A stretch of 64,000 nt of DNA, from contig JAEEIV010000032.1 of NCBI GenBank assembly GCA_016281555.1, positions 311-64,310 of the forward strand. The letters run 5' to 3'. The number at the start of each line of letters is the position of its first letter. The stretch's first letter is position 1. Below are positions 47,229-56,749 of this stretch, one piece after another. A model generated the notes under the pieces. That model saw only the letters and a list, made by a program, of their open reading frames with translations, was not told the DNA's origin and made no database searches. The stretch comes from Lachnospiraceae bacterium. GTDB lineage: Bacteria > Bacillota > Clostridia > Lachnospirales > Lachnospiraceae. Both the position numbers and the translations under genes were made by a program.

Positions 47229-48274
47229 AGACGAGGATCCTCACCCTGACGCCTGAAAACGGGGAGGAAGCTGCGCGCATTGCAGCAGACGTGCTTGCAA
47301 AAGGCGGACTCGTCGCGTTTCCGACCGAAACCGTTTACGGCCTCGGCGGCAATGCCCTCGATGAAACGGCGGCGGAGCGGATCTATCAGGCGAAAGGCCG
47401 TCCTTCCGACAATCCGCTGATCGTCCACGTCGGCAGCATTCCCGCAGTTCGTCCGCTCGTGAAGCGGATCCCGAGAAAAGCGTCGAAACTGATGAAGGCG
47501 TTCTGGCCGGGACCGCTCACGATCATTTTCGAAAAATCCGGCCTCGTGCCGGAGAGAACGACGGGCGGTCTCAAGACCGTGGCGGTCAGGATGCCGTCGC
47601 ATCCCTTTGCGAATCTGATGCTTAAGACGTCTCCGGTGCCGGTCGCCGCACCGTCGGCGAACAAGTCCGGGCGGCCCTCGACGACGAATGCAAAACACGT
47701 CATCGAAGACCTGAACGGGAGGGTGGATCTCATCATTGACGACGGCAATGCCCCGATCGGCGTCGAGTCGACGATCATTGATTTAACGGGGCCGGTCCCG
47801 GTGCTCCTTCGTCCCGGACACATCACGAAGGAAGAACTGGAAGCCGTGATCGGACCGGTGGAAACGGACCGCGCCGTCGAGCGGGAGAGCATCATTTCAA
47901 AACAGACGGAAACGGTCCGGCCGAAGGCGCCCGGCATGAAATACCGGCATTACGCACCGAAAGCGCCGCTCACTGTCGTCAGCGGCACCGAAGAAAACAT
48001 GAAAGCGTATCTTTCTTCGCAGTCGGACAAAAAGACCGGGATCCTCACGGTGGAAGAGCGGCGCGACTGTTTTCCGGAGGCTTTTGCAGTCCTTACGGCC
48101 GGAAAGAAGAACGACGTGCTTTCGATGGAACGGGAACTCTTCGATGCGCTCCGGGAATTCGACGCATTGCCGGTCGAACGGATCTATGCGGAGGACCTCT
48201 CGAAATACGGCGCCGGAGAGGCGGTCATGAACCGGTTGTTAAAGGCGGCCGGCGGAACTCTCATCAACGTCTGA
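47225..48274 (+). CDS. tsaC: L-threonylcarbamoyladenylate synthase (Sua5/YwlC type, with the Sua5 C-terminal domain)
   Basis: The internal ATG at 47225 (RBS AGGAGG) gives MKTRILTL..GGLVAFPTETVYGLGGNALDE..IYQAKGRPSDNPLIVHV..SANKSGRPS at 350 aa. The 5' extension in the track overlaps the ThrE genes. Confidence 0.9.
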   Translation: MKTRILTLTPENGEEAARIAADVLAKGGLVAFPTETVYGLGGNALDETAAERIYQAKGRPSDNPLIVHVGSIPAVRPLVKRIPRKASKLMKAFWPGPLTIIFEKSGLVPERTTGGLKTVAVRMPSHPFANLMLKTSPVPVAAPSANKSGRPSTTNAKHVIEDLNGRVDLIIDDGNAPIGVESTIIDLTGPVPVLLRPGHITKEELEAVIGPVETDRAVERESIISKQTETVRPKAPGMKYRHYAPKAPLTVVSGTEENMKAYLSSQSDKKTGILTVEERRDCFPEAFAVLTAGKKNDVLSMERELFDALREFDALPVERIYAEDLSKYGAGEAVMNRLLKAAGGTLINV

Positions 48275-48368
48275 TCCTTACGAGACGTCGCGTACGCGGC
48301 GGGTTGAAACGGATTGGAAAAGAATGATAAAACGAGCGCACCGGAAGCGGTGCGGAACGGAGGGAATC

Positions 48369-48800
48369 ATGTTAGTCATTGCGTGTGATCACGGCGGATA
48401 CGAACTGAAACTAGAGATCATGAAGCATCTCGAGAAGCGCGGCACGGCCTACCGGGACCTCGGCTGCGATTCGCTGGCATCCGTGGATTATCCGATCTAC
48501 GCGAAGCGCGTCGCGACGGCGATCCAGGAAGGCGAAGCGGACCGGGGCATCCTGATCTGCGGAACGGGCATCGGCATCTCCATCACGGCGAACAAGCAGA
48601 AGGGCATCCGCGCCGCGCTCTGCACGGACTGCTTCATGGCGGAGATGACGCGCCTTCATAACGACGCGAACGTGCTCGCGCTCGGCGGAAGAGTCGTCGG
48701 ACCGGGCCTTGCGCTGAAGATCGTGGACACGTTCCTCGATACGCCGTTTTCCGGTGAGGAACGTCACGCGCGCCGGGTCAAGATGATCGAGGAGGTCTGA
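48369..48800 (+). CDS. rpiB: Ribose-5-phosphate isomerase B
   Basis: MLVIACDHGGYELK, GILICGTGIGISITANK, RAALC and LALGGRVVG. The ATG at 48369 is preceded by GGAGGG. Confidence 0.9.
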   Translation: MLVIACDHGGYELKLEIMKHLEKRGTAYRDLGCDSLASVDYPIYAKRVATAIQEGEADRGILICGTGIGISITANKQKGIRAALCTDCFMAEMTRLHNDANVLALGGRVVGPGLALKIVDTFLDTPFSGEERHARRVKMIEEV

Positions 48801-48802
48801 CC

Positions 48803-49279
48803 ATGTACGAACGGAAGGACCACATCAACTGGGACGAGTATTTCATGGGCATTGCCATGCTTTCCTGCCAGAGGTCCAAGGACCCGAACACGCAGGTAGG
48901 CTGCTGCATCGTGAGTCCGAGTCACAGGATCCTCTCGGTCGGATACAACGGCTTTCCGAACGGCATTCCGGACGAGGAGTTCACCTGGGCAAGAGAGGGC
49001 GAGGACAATAAGTATTTCTATACGACGCACAGCGAGCTGAACGCGATCTTAAACTATCGCGGCGGCACTTTAGACGGCGCAAGGATGTACGTGACGCTCT
49101 TTCCCTGCCAGGAATGCGCGAAAGCGATCATTCAGTCCGGCATTGCCTCCGTGTATTACAAGGACGACAAATATGCCGACACGCCGGGCGTCATGGCGTC
49201 GAAGCGGATGCTCGCGAGAGCCGGCGTGGAGTTCAAGCAGTACGAACCCACCGGACGAGAGATCGTTCTGAACGTCTGA
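48803..49279 (+). CDS. comEB: Deoxycytidylate (dCMP) deaminase
   Basis: WDEYFMGIAMLSCQRSKDPNTQVGCCIV, HSELNAI and PCQECAKAI (zinc ligands) are present. Confidence 0.88.
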   Translation: MYERKDHINWDEYFMGIAMLSCQRSKDPNTQVGCCIVSPSHRILSVGYNGFPNGIPDEEFTWAREGEDNKYFYTTHSELNAILNYRGGTLDGARMYVTLFPCQECAKAIIQSGIASVYYKDDKYADTPGVMASKRMLARAGVEFKQYEPTGREIVLNV

Positions 49280-49304
49280 TCCGCCCGCCCCGGGACCGGA
49301 GGCA

Positions 49305-49622
49305 ATGATGAAAAAAGACCGGAGCTTTCTCAAAAATCTGGTATTGATCTCGCAGGTCGGGATCACGATGCTCGTGCCCGTCGGCCTCATGCTGGCGCTC
49401 GGGCTGTTTCTTCGCGACCGCCTCAATGCCGACTGGATCCTGATCGTTGCCGTTTTGCTCGGCATTTCGGGCGGCATGTCCGCGGCGTGGGCGGTACTGA
49501 AGAAGTTCGCGCCGAAACCGGAAGACGATGAAAAAAGAGAAGAGTACGATCTCATGAAAAACTGGAAAGAGGAAGAAAAAGGGAAGGATCAGAGCCAAAC
49601 GGACGACGACACGCTGCTGTAG
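49305..49622 (+). CDS. AtpZ/AtpI-family small membrane protein (putative F-ATPase accessory protein)
   Basis: FLKNLVLISQVGITMLVPVGLMLALGLFLRDRL plus a second TM helix resembles AtpZ-type proteins, with an acidic/basic tail. Assigned from motif memory only. Confidence 0.5.
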   Translation: MMKKDRSFLKNLVLISQVGITMLVPVGLMLALGLFLRDRLNADWILIVAVLLGISGGMSAAWAVLKKFAPKPEDDEKREEYDLMKNWKEEEKGKDQSQTDDDTLL

Positions 49623-49654
49623 ATCCCCCGATTTCGGCACTGCCGGGAGAATGC

Positions 49655-50155
49655 ATGAAGAACCGATACGTGGATGAACTCCGGGCCGAAGCCGGCCTGG
49701 AAGAAGAGGACGAGATCCCGGAAGAGAACATTCTTCCGGTCCTGCCCTGTGAAGAAGAGAAGACGGTCCGTGAAACGATGAAGACCGTCTTTTTCTTCAT
49801 GGGCGTTCTCTTTCTCATCGAAGCGGTCATCGTCCTACTCTTCATCGGCGGACCGCTGGTTCAGCCTACGTGGGACAAATGGAAAGCCCTTCTCGGCCTC
49901 GTCATCGGAGAGGCGTTCGGCGTGCTCTGGTTTCTTTCCATCTCAAGTCAGATCCGGCACGTTCTGGATCTTCAGGAGCATCAGGCAAAAAACAGGATGA
50001 GGCTCGGTGCCGTCCTGCGCTTCCTGCTTCTGGCTGCCGTCGTCGTCGGCGCCTATTTCACGCGCATCGTGGATCCGATCCTCATCCTGGTCGGTGTATT
50101 CAATTTGAAATTGTCCGCGTTTTTGTCAGGGTTTTTCAATAAAAAGCACGCCTAA
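49655..50155 (+). CDS. Possible ATP synthase protein I (AtpI)-like membrane protein
   Basis: Four hydrophobic segments and a C-terminal LVGVFNLKLSAFLSGFF, reminiscent of ATP_synt_I. The position after an atpZ-like gene fits. The similarity judgement is weak. Confidence 0.4.
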   Translation: MKNRYVDELRAEAGLEEEDEIPEENILPVLPCEEEKTVRETMKTVFFFMGVLFLIEAVIVLLFIGGPLVQPTWDKWKALLGLVIGEAFGVLWFLSISSQIRHVLDLQEHQAKNRMRLGAVLRFLLLAAVVVGAYFTRIVDPILILVGVFNLKLSAFLSGFFNKKHA

Positions 50156-50980
50156 CGTTCCGGGACCGCAGTGCGAGGAAATCACCCCGCCGGCATTGGT
50201 CTCGTGGATCTCCTTGAAATAATTCAAAGATTTCAGATACTCGAATACCGCGTCAACGGCTTCCTGATCCACACCGATGGAATATGTGATGAACACGTGT
50301 TCCGGAAGAGCATTCAGAAGTTTCCCTTCCATTTCCTTCGCATAATCCGAGATCACGCGGGACATCTTCCCGCGGTATTTTTGTCCGGGTTCCATGCGGC
50401 CGTCCACGACGTTGATCCGGGGATGCAGTTTCAGCATGCCTCCGACGAGCGCCGCGACCCCGTTGCAGCGTCCGCCGCGGTAAAGATAAATGAGGGTATC
50501 CACGACGAAACTCGCCGAGACTCTCGGGCAGATGGATTCGAGATAGGAGACGATCTCCTGACGGGAAAGCCCTTCCTTCGCTTTTTCCGCCGCGGCAATG
50601 ACCTGCAGTCCGATCCCGGTGGAGAGGTTCCGGGAATCCACGACGCTGATCCGGTCTTCCCGGCCGAGTTCTTCCGCGGCCAGCCTCACTACGTTCATCG
50701 TGGTGGACATGTCGGAAGAAATGGGAAGAAAGATGAGCTCGTCCCCGTTGTCCGTATACTTTTTCAAAAATTCCTTTGCGTCTTCCGGATTCGGCGCCGA
50801 GGTCTTCGGCGTCCGCTTTACTTCGTCGGACCAGGCATAGATCTCTTCGGGCGAAATGTCGACGCCGTCCTTGTAGCTTTTATCATCCAGAATGACCTCC
50901 AGCGGCAGGACCGGAACGTCATAGCGTTCCAGGAGTTCCGGGCTGAGATCGGCCGTACTGTCCGTTGCAATTCGAATCAT
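50126..50980 (-). CDS. DegV-family fatty-acid-binding protein
   Basis: MIRIATDSTADLSPELLERYDVPVLPLEVILDDKSYKDGVDI, SSDMSTT and GPGTLGV are DegV signatures. Confidence 0.9.
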   Translation of the reverse strand: MIRIATDSTADLSPELLERYDVPVLPLEVILDDKSYKDGVDISPEEIYAWSDEVKRTPKTSAPNPEDAKEFLKKYTDNGDELIFLPISSDMSTTMNVVRLAAEELGREDRISVVDSRNLSTGIGLQVIAAAEKAKEGLSRQEIVSYLESICPRVSASFVVDTLIYLYRGGRCNGVAALVGGMLKLHPRINVVDGRMEPGQKYRGKMSRVISDYAKEMEGKLLNALPEHVFITYSIGVDQEAVDAVFEYLKSLNYFKEIHETNAGGVISSHCGPGTLGVLFIEKP

Positions 50981-51023
50981 GTTTCCTCCTTACGGCTCCT
51001 TTCACCGGAGCCTTGTGAAATAA

Positions 51024-52331
51024 TCAATCCAGGACCACGTGTCCGTAGCCCTGTTCATCGATCGTGATCTTCGTACCGTAGGGCGCGGACATTGCCTGAA
51101 GACGTTCCAGAATGCCGAGACCGAATCCCGGTTCCGGATAGCCGGTCCGCCAGCGTTCCAGGCCGAAGCCCAGGGAGAGCGGCATCAGGTCGATCTTCGT
51201 CACGCGGTCGTCTTCCAGCTCCACGTAGGGCAGATAGGCTTCGTAGACGCGCGTGTCCGTGCAGAGTCCGGCAGTATGGTCCTTCGTTCTGCGGACGTAG
51301 ATGTCGGTCAGCATTTCGTCGCTCGTCATGCCGAGTTCCGTGTACTGATCCTCGGGGGAATCGACCGCAACTTCGTCCTGAAACACGAAGTTCCCGAGGC
51401 AGTAGAAGATGGGGCGTCCCTTGTAGATCTCGATCGGACGGATGAGGTGCGGTCCGTGACCGACGACCGCGCTCGCGCCGGCGTCAATGCACTTTCTGCA
51501 GAACTCTTCAAAGAACATTGCGGGGATCTCCTTGTTCGGTCCGCCGAGATCGTGCGAGTGCGCGCTGACGACGACGTAATCCGCAAGCTTCCGCGCATTC
51601 CGGATCTCCTGTTCGATGCGATCCATGTCGATCGGATTGGGATGGGTGAGGAACGAAGGCTTGTCGCCGACGGAAACCGTGAGGCCGTGGAAGGAGATCG
51701 TGCCTTCCTTAAGCGGCGGACGGAAGCCTTCGGAGCGCGAGACGTCATCGGCCGCGTCCATATGACTGATCGTTTTCGCCTCGTTCATGGCGTCGAACTC
51801 GGGTTTGGTGACGACGAGTTCTTCCGTATGACGGAGCCCGTTCACGCCGGGACGGCCCGGGAAACGGCGGGACTGCTTGCCGGCCAGGGCCGCGACGTTC
51901 GTCATCGAAGAGGTGACGCCGATGACGCCGAGCGATCCTTTTTCAGTCTCCAGAAACGCCGGAGCGGCCGCTTCATTCAGGTTCTTTCCGATGCCTGCGT
52001 TCGGGATCCCGGCTGCGCGCACCGTTTCGATCGTCTTCAGGAGGCCGTTGTAGGCGAAATCCATCGTGTGGTTATTCGCGCTCGTGACCATGTTGAATCC
52101 GTAGCGGAGCGTGTCCTGAAACACCTCCGGATCGGCCCTGAGATATGCGCCGCCGTAGAAGGCACTGCCGAAACAGGTGTCGTCGGTGAAAACGGTCTCC
52201 AGATTAAAGAACCGGAAATCGCCGCGCTTGATGAAGTCCCGGACCTCCGGAAACCCTGCATACGTTTCGGGCATTCTTCTCTGCACGAGAAAGTCGCCCG
52301 CAGCGGTAAAGGAAAGCTTGCTTCGCATCAT
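51024..52331 (-). CDS. CapA-family (PGA_cap) metallophosphatase-like protein
   Basis: FTAAGDF, FNLETV, SANNHTMDF, SAHSHD, GHGPH and CLGNFVFQ motifs. The start at 52331 (MMRSKLSF) follows GGAGGTG, and the promoter -10 box overlaps the longer track ORF start. Confidence 0.8.
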   Translation of the reverse strand: MMRSKLSFTAAGDFLVQRRMPETYAGFPEVRDFIKRGDFRFFNLETVFTDDTCFGSAFYGGAYLRADPEVFQDTLRYGFNMVTSANNHTMDFAYNGLLKTIETVRAAGIPNAGIGKNLNEAAAPAFLETEKGSLGVIGVTSSMTNVAALAGKQSRRFPGRPGVNGLRHTEELVVTKPEFDAMNEAKTISHMDAADDVSRSEGFRPPLKEGTISFHGLTVSVGDKPSFLTHPNPIDMDRIEQEIRNARKLADYVVVSAHSHDLGGPNKEIPAMFFEEFCRKCIDAGASAVVGHGPHLIRPIEIYKGRPIFYCLGNFVFQDEVAVDSPEDQYTELGMTSDEMLTDIYVRRTKDHTAGLCTDTRVYEAYLPYVELEDDRVTKIDLMPLSLGFGLERWRTGYPEPGFGLGILERLQAMSAPYGTKITIDEQGYGHVVLD

Positions 52332-52365
52332 TGCACCTCCGTATGACGTGAGATATTTAAAAAAC

Positions 52366-52394
52366 ATTATATCATTTCAACGGAAGATTATCAA
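52366..52394 (-). promoter_or_regulatory. Candidate sigma-A promoter (minus strand) for the CapA-like gene
   Basis: The minus strand reads TTGATA (52394-52389), 17-nt spacer, TGaTATAAT (-10 at 52371-52366). This is near consensus with an extended -10. Confidence 0.65.
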
Positions 52395-52454
52395 GTTTAG
52401 AAACGGATTTGCTGCGGGACCGGGTTCGGAACGGAAAAACGTTTCAGGGAAGGC

Positions 52455-52483
52455 TTGCCACAGCGGAAAAGGTTTGGTATAGT
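52455..52483 (+). promoter_or_regulatory. Candidate sigma-A promoter for the divergent GH gene
   Basis: TTGCCA (52455-52460), 17-nt spacer, TATAGT (52478-52483), about 45 nt upstream of the ATG at 52529. Confidence 0.5.
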
Positions 52484-52528
52484 GAACGAAAGAGAAGACC
52501 GGAGCAAAACCGGAAGAGGAGGCCTGCA

Positions 52529-53662
52529 ATGAAACGGCGCTGGACGAAGGAAGAAGCATGGAACTGGTATGAAGCTTATCCGTGGATCCGCGGCTGCAAT
52601 TACATGAGCGCGGACTCGGCGAACCGGGTCGATCAGTGGCAGTCTCTCGGGTTTGAGGAGCGGATGAAGACGACGGAAGAAGAGTTCCGCCTCGCCCGGG
52701 AAACGGGGTTCAATTCCATTCGCGTGCTCATTGAATACGTGGTCTGGAAAGAGGAACACGACGGATTCCTCGAGCGGTTTGACCGGTACCTCGACCTTGC
52801 TGCCAAGTACGGCCTTTCCGTCATGGTCGTGCTTGCAAACGACGGTATGCCGGCGAAGGGACCGGACTATAAATTGCCTTATATCGGGGAGCAGACATAC
52901 GATTGGGGATACCACGGCGGAAGAAAGCATTCCCCGCACGCGGTCCAGACGGAGCCTGCGCCGCATTTCTATCTGGACGATCCTGAATCGCGGGAAGACT
53001 ATTTCCGGATGGTGAGCGAGATCGTCCGGCTTCACAGGACGGATGAGCGGATCATTGTCTGGGACGTATATAACGAGGCCGGACACAGCAACCGGAAGGA
53101 GATCTCGATCCCGAACGTGAAACGGATGTTTGAACTCGTCCGGGCGGAGGACCCCGTACAGCCGCTGACCGCCTGCGTCTGTCCGAGACGGGACGAAGCG
53201 AGGGAACTCCCAGAGATCGAGAAGATCTGTCTCGAAAACTCCGACGTGATCTCGTATCATTACTATCACAATTTCCAAAGACACGCGGAGATCCTCAAAC
53301 ATCTGAAGGCGTACGGCCGGCCGCTGTTCTGCACGGAGTGGCTCTGCAGGTGCTTTCACAATAACGTCGCGGATCTTTTCCCTTTGTTCTATATGGAGAG
53401 GATCGCCTGCTACAACTGGGGATTCGTCGCCGGCAAGTATCAGACGTACGAGCCGTGGGAACTCGTCTGGACCAACGTGGAGAACGGGACTTACGACGAC
53501 GTCCACGTGGATTTTACGAAATGGTTTCACGATCTGTACCGCCCGAATCACCGGCCTTACGACCCGGAAGAGATCCGGATCATACGAAAATATGCCGGTC
53601 TGGCCGACCGGGAATTTGCGGAAAAGAGGGAAAGGAAGGACCTGAGAGATCAAAAGATCTGA
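52529..53662 (+). CDS. Clan GH-A glycoside hydrolase (cellulase/xylanase-superfamily TIM barrel), cytoplasmic
   Basis: The ATG at 52529 follows GAGGAGG. WYEAYPWIRGCNY, GFNSIRVLIEY, WDVYNEAG (acid/base NE) and FCTEWL (nucleophile) are present. The exact GH family is not determined. Confidence 0.65.
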   Translation: MKRRWTKEEAWNWYEAYPWIRGCNYMSADSANRVDQWQSLGFEERMKTTEEEFRLARETGFNSIRVLIEYVVWKEEHDGFLERFDRYLDLAAKYGLSVMVVLANDGMPAKGPDYKLPYIGEQTYDWGYHGGRKHSPHAVQTEPAPHFYLDDPESREDYFRMVSEIVRLHRTDERIIVWDVYNEAGHSNRKEISIPNVKRMFELVRAEDPVQPLTACVCPRRDEARELPEIEKICLENSDVISYHYYHNFQRHAEILKHLKAYGRPLFCTEWLCRCFHNNVADLFPLFYMERIACYNWGFVAGKYQTYEPWELVWTNVENGTYDDVHVDFTKWFHDLYRPNHRPYDPEEIRIIRKYAGLADREFAEKRERKDLRDQKI

Positions 53663-53756
53663 CGGAAGGGTTTTTCTTGCAAGAAACGCGGGTTTGTGTT
53701 ACGCTTGCAGACAGGAACAGCGGACGGGGCAACGCGTCCGGAAGGAAGGTGGATTT

Positions 53757-55670
53757 ATGAATAAACGGCTTTTGACGGTACTGATCCTCGTGATCGCGCT
53801 TTTGATGAATGCGCTTTCAGGCTGCCTCGGGACGGTCGCGATCATCGGCGGACTGAATCCGGACGTTTTTACGGAGCCGGAATCCGAAGCGCCTCCGAAA
53901 ACGGAGTCTCCGTCAGGAACTGAAAAGCCGACGGAACCGGAAACCGAGCCGCAGACGGAAACGGAAGCTCCTCCGGAAACCGTTCCGGGAGGCGAAGTCG
54001 ACGAAGAGGAAATGGCGGCGTTCCGGGAGTTTACCGACGAGATCCTGGAATTCCTGCTCGTCGGAAGCACACTGAACTTGCATACGGTGTTCGCGGAGCC
54101 GGAAAAAGCCGGGATCACCATGACGGAAGTGAAACTCCCTTCGCTGGACTTCGAGAACGGAGCCACAGAAGAGTACAACGATTTCATCCGGGACTGCCTC
54201 GCTGAACTGGCTGATTTTGACCGCGAGAAGCTCGATGAGGAAGCGCAGATCACCTATGACAGCCTGAAGCGTTATCTGGAACTGGAGAAGGAAAGTGCGG
54301 GGCTGGACCTTTATTACGATCCGCTGACGAAGGATTACGGGCTTCCGACCAATCTTCCGATCGAATTCGAAGAGTACGCTTTTTACCGCGAATCCGACGT
54401 GCAGGACTACTTGGAACTCCTCGGTCTCGTGCCGGACCTGTTCCGGGAGATCCTCGATTTTGAGGAAAAAAGGGCGGATGCCGGTCTTTTTATGGAAGAC
54501 TTCCTGCTTGAGAAGGCGATCGATCAGTGCGATACTTTCCTGGAGGGAAAAGAGGACAGCTTCCTTTTTTCTTCCTTTGAAGCGCGGCTCGAGGCACTTG
54601 ATTTAAGCGAAGAGAAGAAGCAGGCGTACGTTGAGGAAAACCGGAAACTGGTTTCGGAAACTTTTTATCCGGCATACGAAGAATTGAAGGAAGGACTCGT
54701 GAAGTTCCGGGGCAGGAACGAGACCGAGGGCGGCCTCTGCAATTTCCCGGACGGAGAGCGGTATTACACCTATCTTCTGAAATCGAAAACCGGATCCGAC
54801 ATGTCGCCGGAGGAAATGATCGAACGGCTGGAGCGCGCGTTGAACGAAGACATGACCAGGGTCGTTCTCGTGAACATTGACGATCCCAATGCCGTCAACA
54901 TCATTCTCCGGGAAGATTATTATCCGACGACGGATCTGAAGGAGTGTCTGGAGATCCTGAAGGAAAAGATGAAGGACGATTTCCCGGAGATCCCGGACGT
55001 GTCGTATAAGGTCCGTTATCTCGACGAATCGCTCCGGGAGTTCATGTCGCCGGCGTTTTACATGATCCCGCCGATCGATCGCAGCGTTGACAATTCGATC
55101 GTCGTCAACTGTGATCCCGGAGACGAGCCGGAAGACATTCTGATCACGCTTGCCCATGAGGGATATCCGGGACATCTCTATCAGAACAATTACTTCGTGA
55201 GCCGGTGCCATTTCCCGCTCCAGAGGATCCTGGAAACGCTCGGATTCGCAGAAGGATACGCGAAGTACGTCGAGCATCTGTCGTATGATTACATTGACGG
55301 CATTTCCGAGGCGGAAGCGAAGATCCTGCGGCTCAATGCACGTCTCGTCATGTATCTCTATGCACGCGTCGATCTCGGCATCCATTACGAAGGATGGACC
55401 GAGGACCAGATCGCAGACTACATTGAACCGTATCTGGAATCCCCGGAATACGTGGCGGAGTGGATGTACGAACACATGCTCGGAGATCCGGCGAGTTACG
55501 AACCGTACGTCATCGGAGAACTGGAGATCCTGGACATCCTCGATGCGGCCGAAGACGCGGCCGATGCTGCCGGGGAGGAGTTCGATCTGAAAGCATTTCA
55601 TGAGAAACTTCTGAACGTGTCCTATGCGCCGTTCGGCGTCATCAGGGAATACATTCTCGGCAGGGAGTGA
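53757..55670 (+). CDS. DUF885-family lipoprotein (metallopeptidase-like HExxH-variant fold)
   Basis: The internal start gives MNKRLLTVLILVIALLMNALSGC (lipobox) and a Pro/Glu/Thr linker. LAHEGYPGHLYQ is the DUF885 signature. Confidence 0.75.
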   Translation: MNKRLLTVLILVIALLMNALSGCLGTVAIIGGLNPDVFTEPESEAPPKTESPSGTEKPTEPETEPQTETEAPPETVPGGEVDEEEMAAFREFTDEILEFLLVGSTLNLHTVFAEPEKAGITMTEVKLPSLDFENGATEEYNDFIRDCLAELADFDREKLDEEAQITYDSLKRYLELEKESAGLDLYYDPLTKDYGLPTNLPIEFEEYAFYRESDVQDYLELLGLVPDLFREILDFEEKRADAGLFMEDFLLEKAIDQCDTFLEGKEDSFLFSSFEARLEALDLSEEKKQAYVEENRKLVSETFYPAYEELKEGLVKFRGRNETEGGLCNFPDGERYYTYLLKSKTGSDMSPEEMIERLERALNEDMTRVVLVNIDDPNAVNIILREDYYPTTDLKECLEILKEKMKDDFPEIPDVSYKVRYLDESLREFMSPAFYMIPPIDRSVDNSIVVNCDPGDEPEDILITLAHEGYPGHLYQNNYFVSRCHFPLQRILETLGFAEGYAKYVEHLSYDYIDGISEAEAKILRLNARLVMYLYARVDLGIHYEGWTEDQIADYIEPYLESPEYVAEWMYEHMLGDPASYEPYVIGELEILDILDAAEDAADAAGEEFDLKAFHEKLLNVSYAPFGVIREYILGRE

Positions 55671-55681
55671 AAGGAGCAAAA

Positions 55682-56080
55682 ATGGGCGTTTTTCAGTCTT
55701 TGGAAGAGGCACGTGCATATTTTCAGGGCGATACCTTCGCGACCGGCAACGGCATGGAGATCCTGGAGATCGGCGAAGGCACGGCGACGGCCGGAATGAC
55801 GTTGGACGGACGGCACAAAAACGCGGAAGGCGGCGTCATGGGCGGCGTGATCTTTACGCTTGCGGACTTCGCCTTCGCGGCGGCGGCGAACAGCGTGCAC
55901 CGGCCGACGGTCGCCATGCAGGTCAGCGTGAATTATCTCTCCGCGCCGAAGGGCAATGTTCTCACCGCGAAAGCGCGCCAGTTGAAGGACGGGCGGACCT
56001 CCGCAGTCTACGTCGTCAGCGTTTTTGACGGGCAGGGACGCCACGTCGCCGAGTTTACCGGAACGGGGTTCAAACTGTAG
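55682..56080 (+). CDS. PaaI-family hotdog-fold thioesterase
   Basis: GMEILEIGEGTATAGMTLDGRHKNAEGGVMGGVIFTLADFAFAAAAN is typical of PaaI/YdiI thioesterases. The ATG at 55682 follows AAAGGAG. Confidence 0.8.
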   Translation: MGVFQSLEEARAYFQGDTFATGNGMEILEIGEGTATAGMTLDGRHKNAEGGVMGGVIFTLADFAFAAAANSVHRPTVAMQVSVNYLSAPKGNVLTAKARQLKDGRTSAVYVVSVFDGQGRHVAEFTGTGFKL

Positions 56081-56089
56081 TCCCCGGGT

Positions 56090-56118
56090 TTGACAAAACG
56101 GCATAAAAGGTGTATTCT
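56090..56118 (+). promoter_or_regulatory. Candidate sigma-A promoter upstream of the NUDIX gene
   Basis: TTGACA (56090-56095), 17-nt spacer, TATTCT (56113-56118). Its position argues for the start at 56176 rather than the track start at 56110. Confidence 0.45.
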
Positions 56119-56175
56119 ATTAAACGGTCGAGAGATATTTCGGCCGTTTTCGTATGTAAAAAAACGGAGGTCGGC

Positions 56176-56712
56176 ATGGAGGAAATCAAGCGCGTGGAAC
56201 GGAACCTCATCCACCACGGTCACGTCTTCGATTATTATGAGGATACGATGGAGATGCCGGACGGAAAACGGCATATCTGGGATACCGTCGTGCATAACGG
56301 CGCGGCGGCAGTCGTGGCAGTCCGAAACGACGGAAAGATCCTGCTCGTCAGGCAGTACCGGAACCCCGTGGAGCGGGAAACTCTGGAACTTCCGGCGGGA
56401 AAGCGGGATTCTGCTTCCGAATCGACGTACGACTGCGTGATCCGGGAACTCGAAGAGGAGACCGGATTTCAGGCGGGAAAAGTCGAGCTGCTGCTGAAGT
56501 TTGCGAGCGCCATTGCCTATTCCACGGAGCTGATCGACATCTACGTGGCGACCGGGCTCGTTCCGACCGCCGCACATCCGGACGAAGACGAATTCATTGA
56601 CGTCGAAGCCTATACGGCGGACGAACTCAAAGAGATGATTTTCAACGGTACGATCCAGGACTCGAAGACGATCGCGGGAGTGCTGGCGTATGCGGTCAAA
56701 TACGGGAAATGA
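56176..56712 (+). CDS. NUDIX hydrolase (ADP-ribose pyrophosphatase-like)
   Basis: Nudix box AGKRDSASESTYDCVIRELEEETGF. The ATG at 56176 follows ACGGAGG. Confidence 0.85.
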   Translation: MEEIKRVERNLIHHGHVFDYYEDTMEMPDGKRHIWDTVVHNGAAAVVAVRNDGKILLVRQYRNPVERETLELPAGKRDSASESTYDCVIRELEEETGFQAGKVELLLKFASAIAYSTELIDIYVATGLVPTAAHPDEDEFIDVEAYTADELKEMIFNGTIQDSKTIAGVLAYAVKYGK

Positions 56713-56749
56713 AAAGAGACGCGCCAAAGGCGCGGCAGGAGGGTATAAA

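Noticed and set aside
50171-52346. Plus-strand ORFs (50171-51067, 51039-52346) antisense to degV and the CapA-like gene
   Set aside because: Shadow ORFs with Arg-rich composition. The minus-strand genes carry clear family motifs and a near-consensus promoter.
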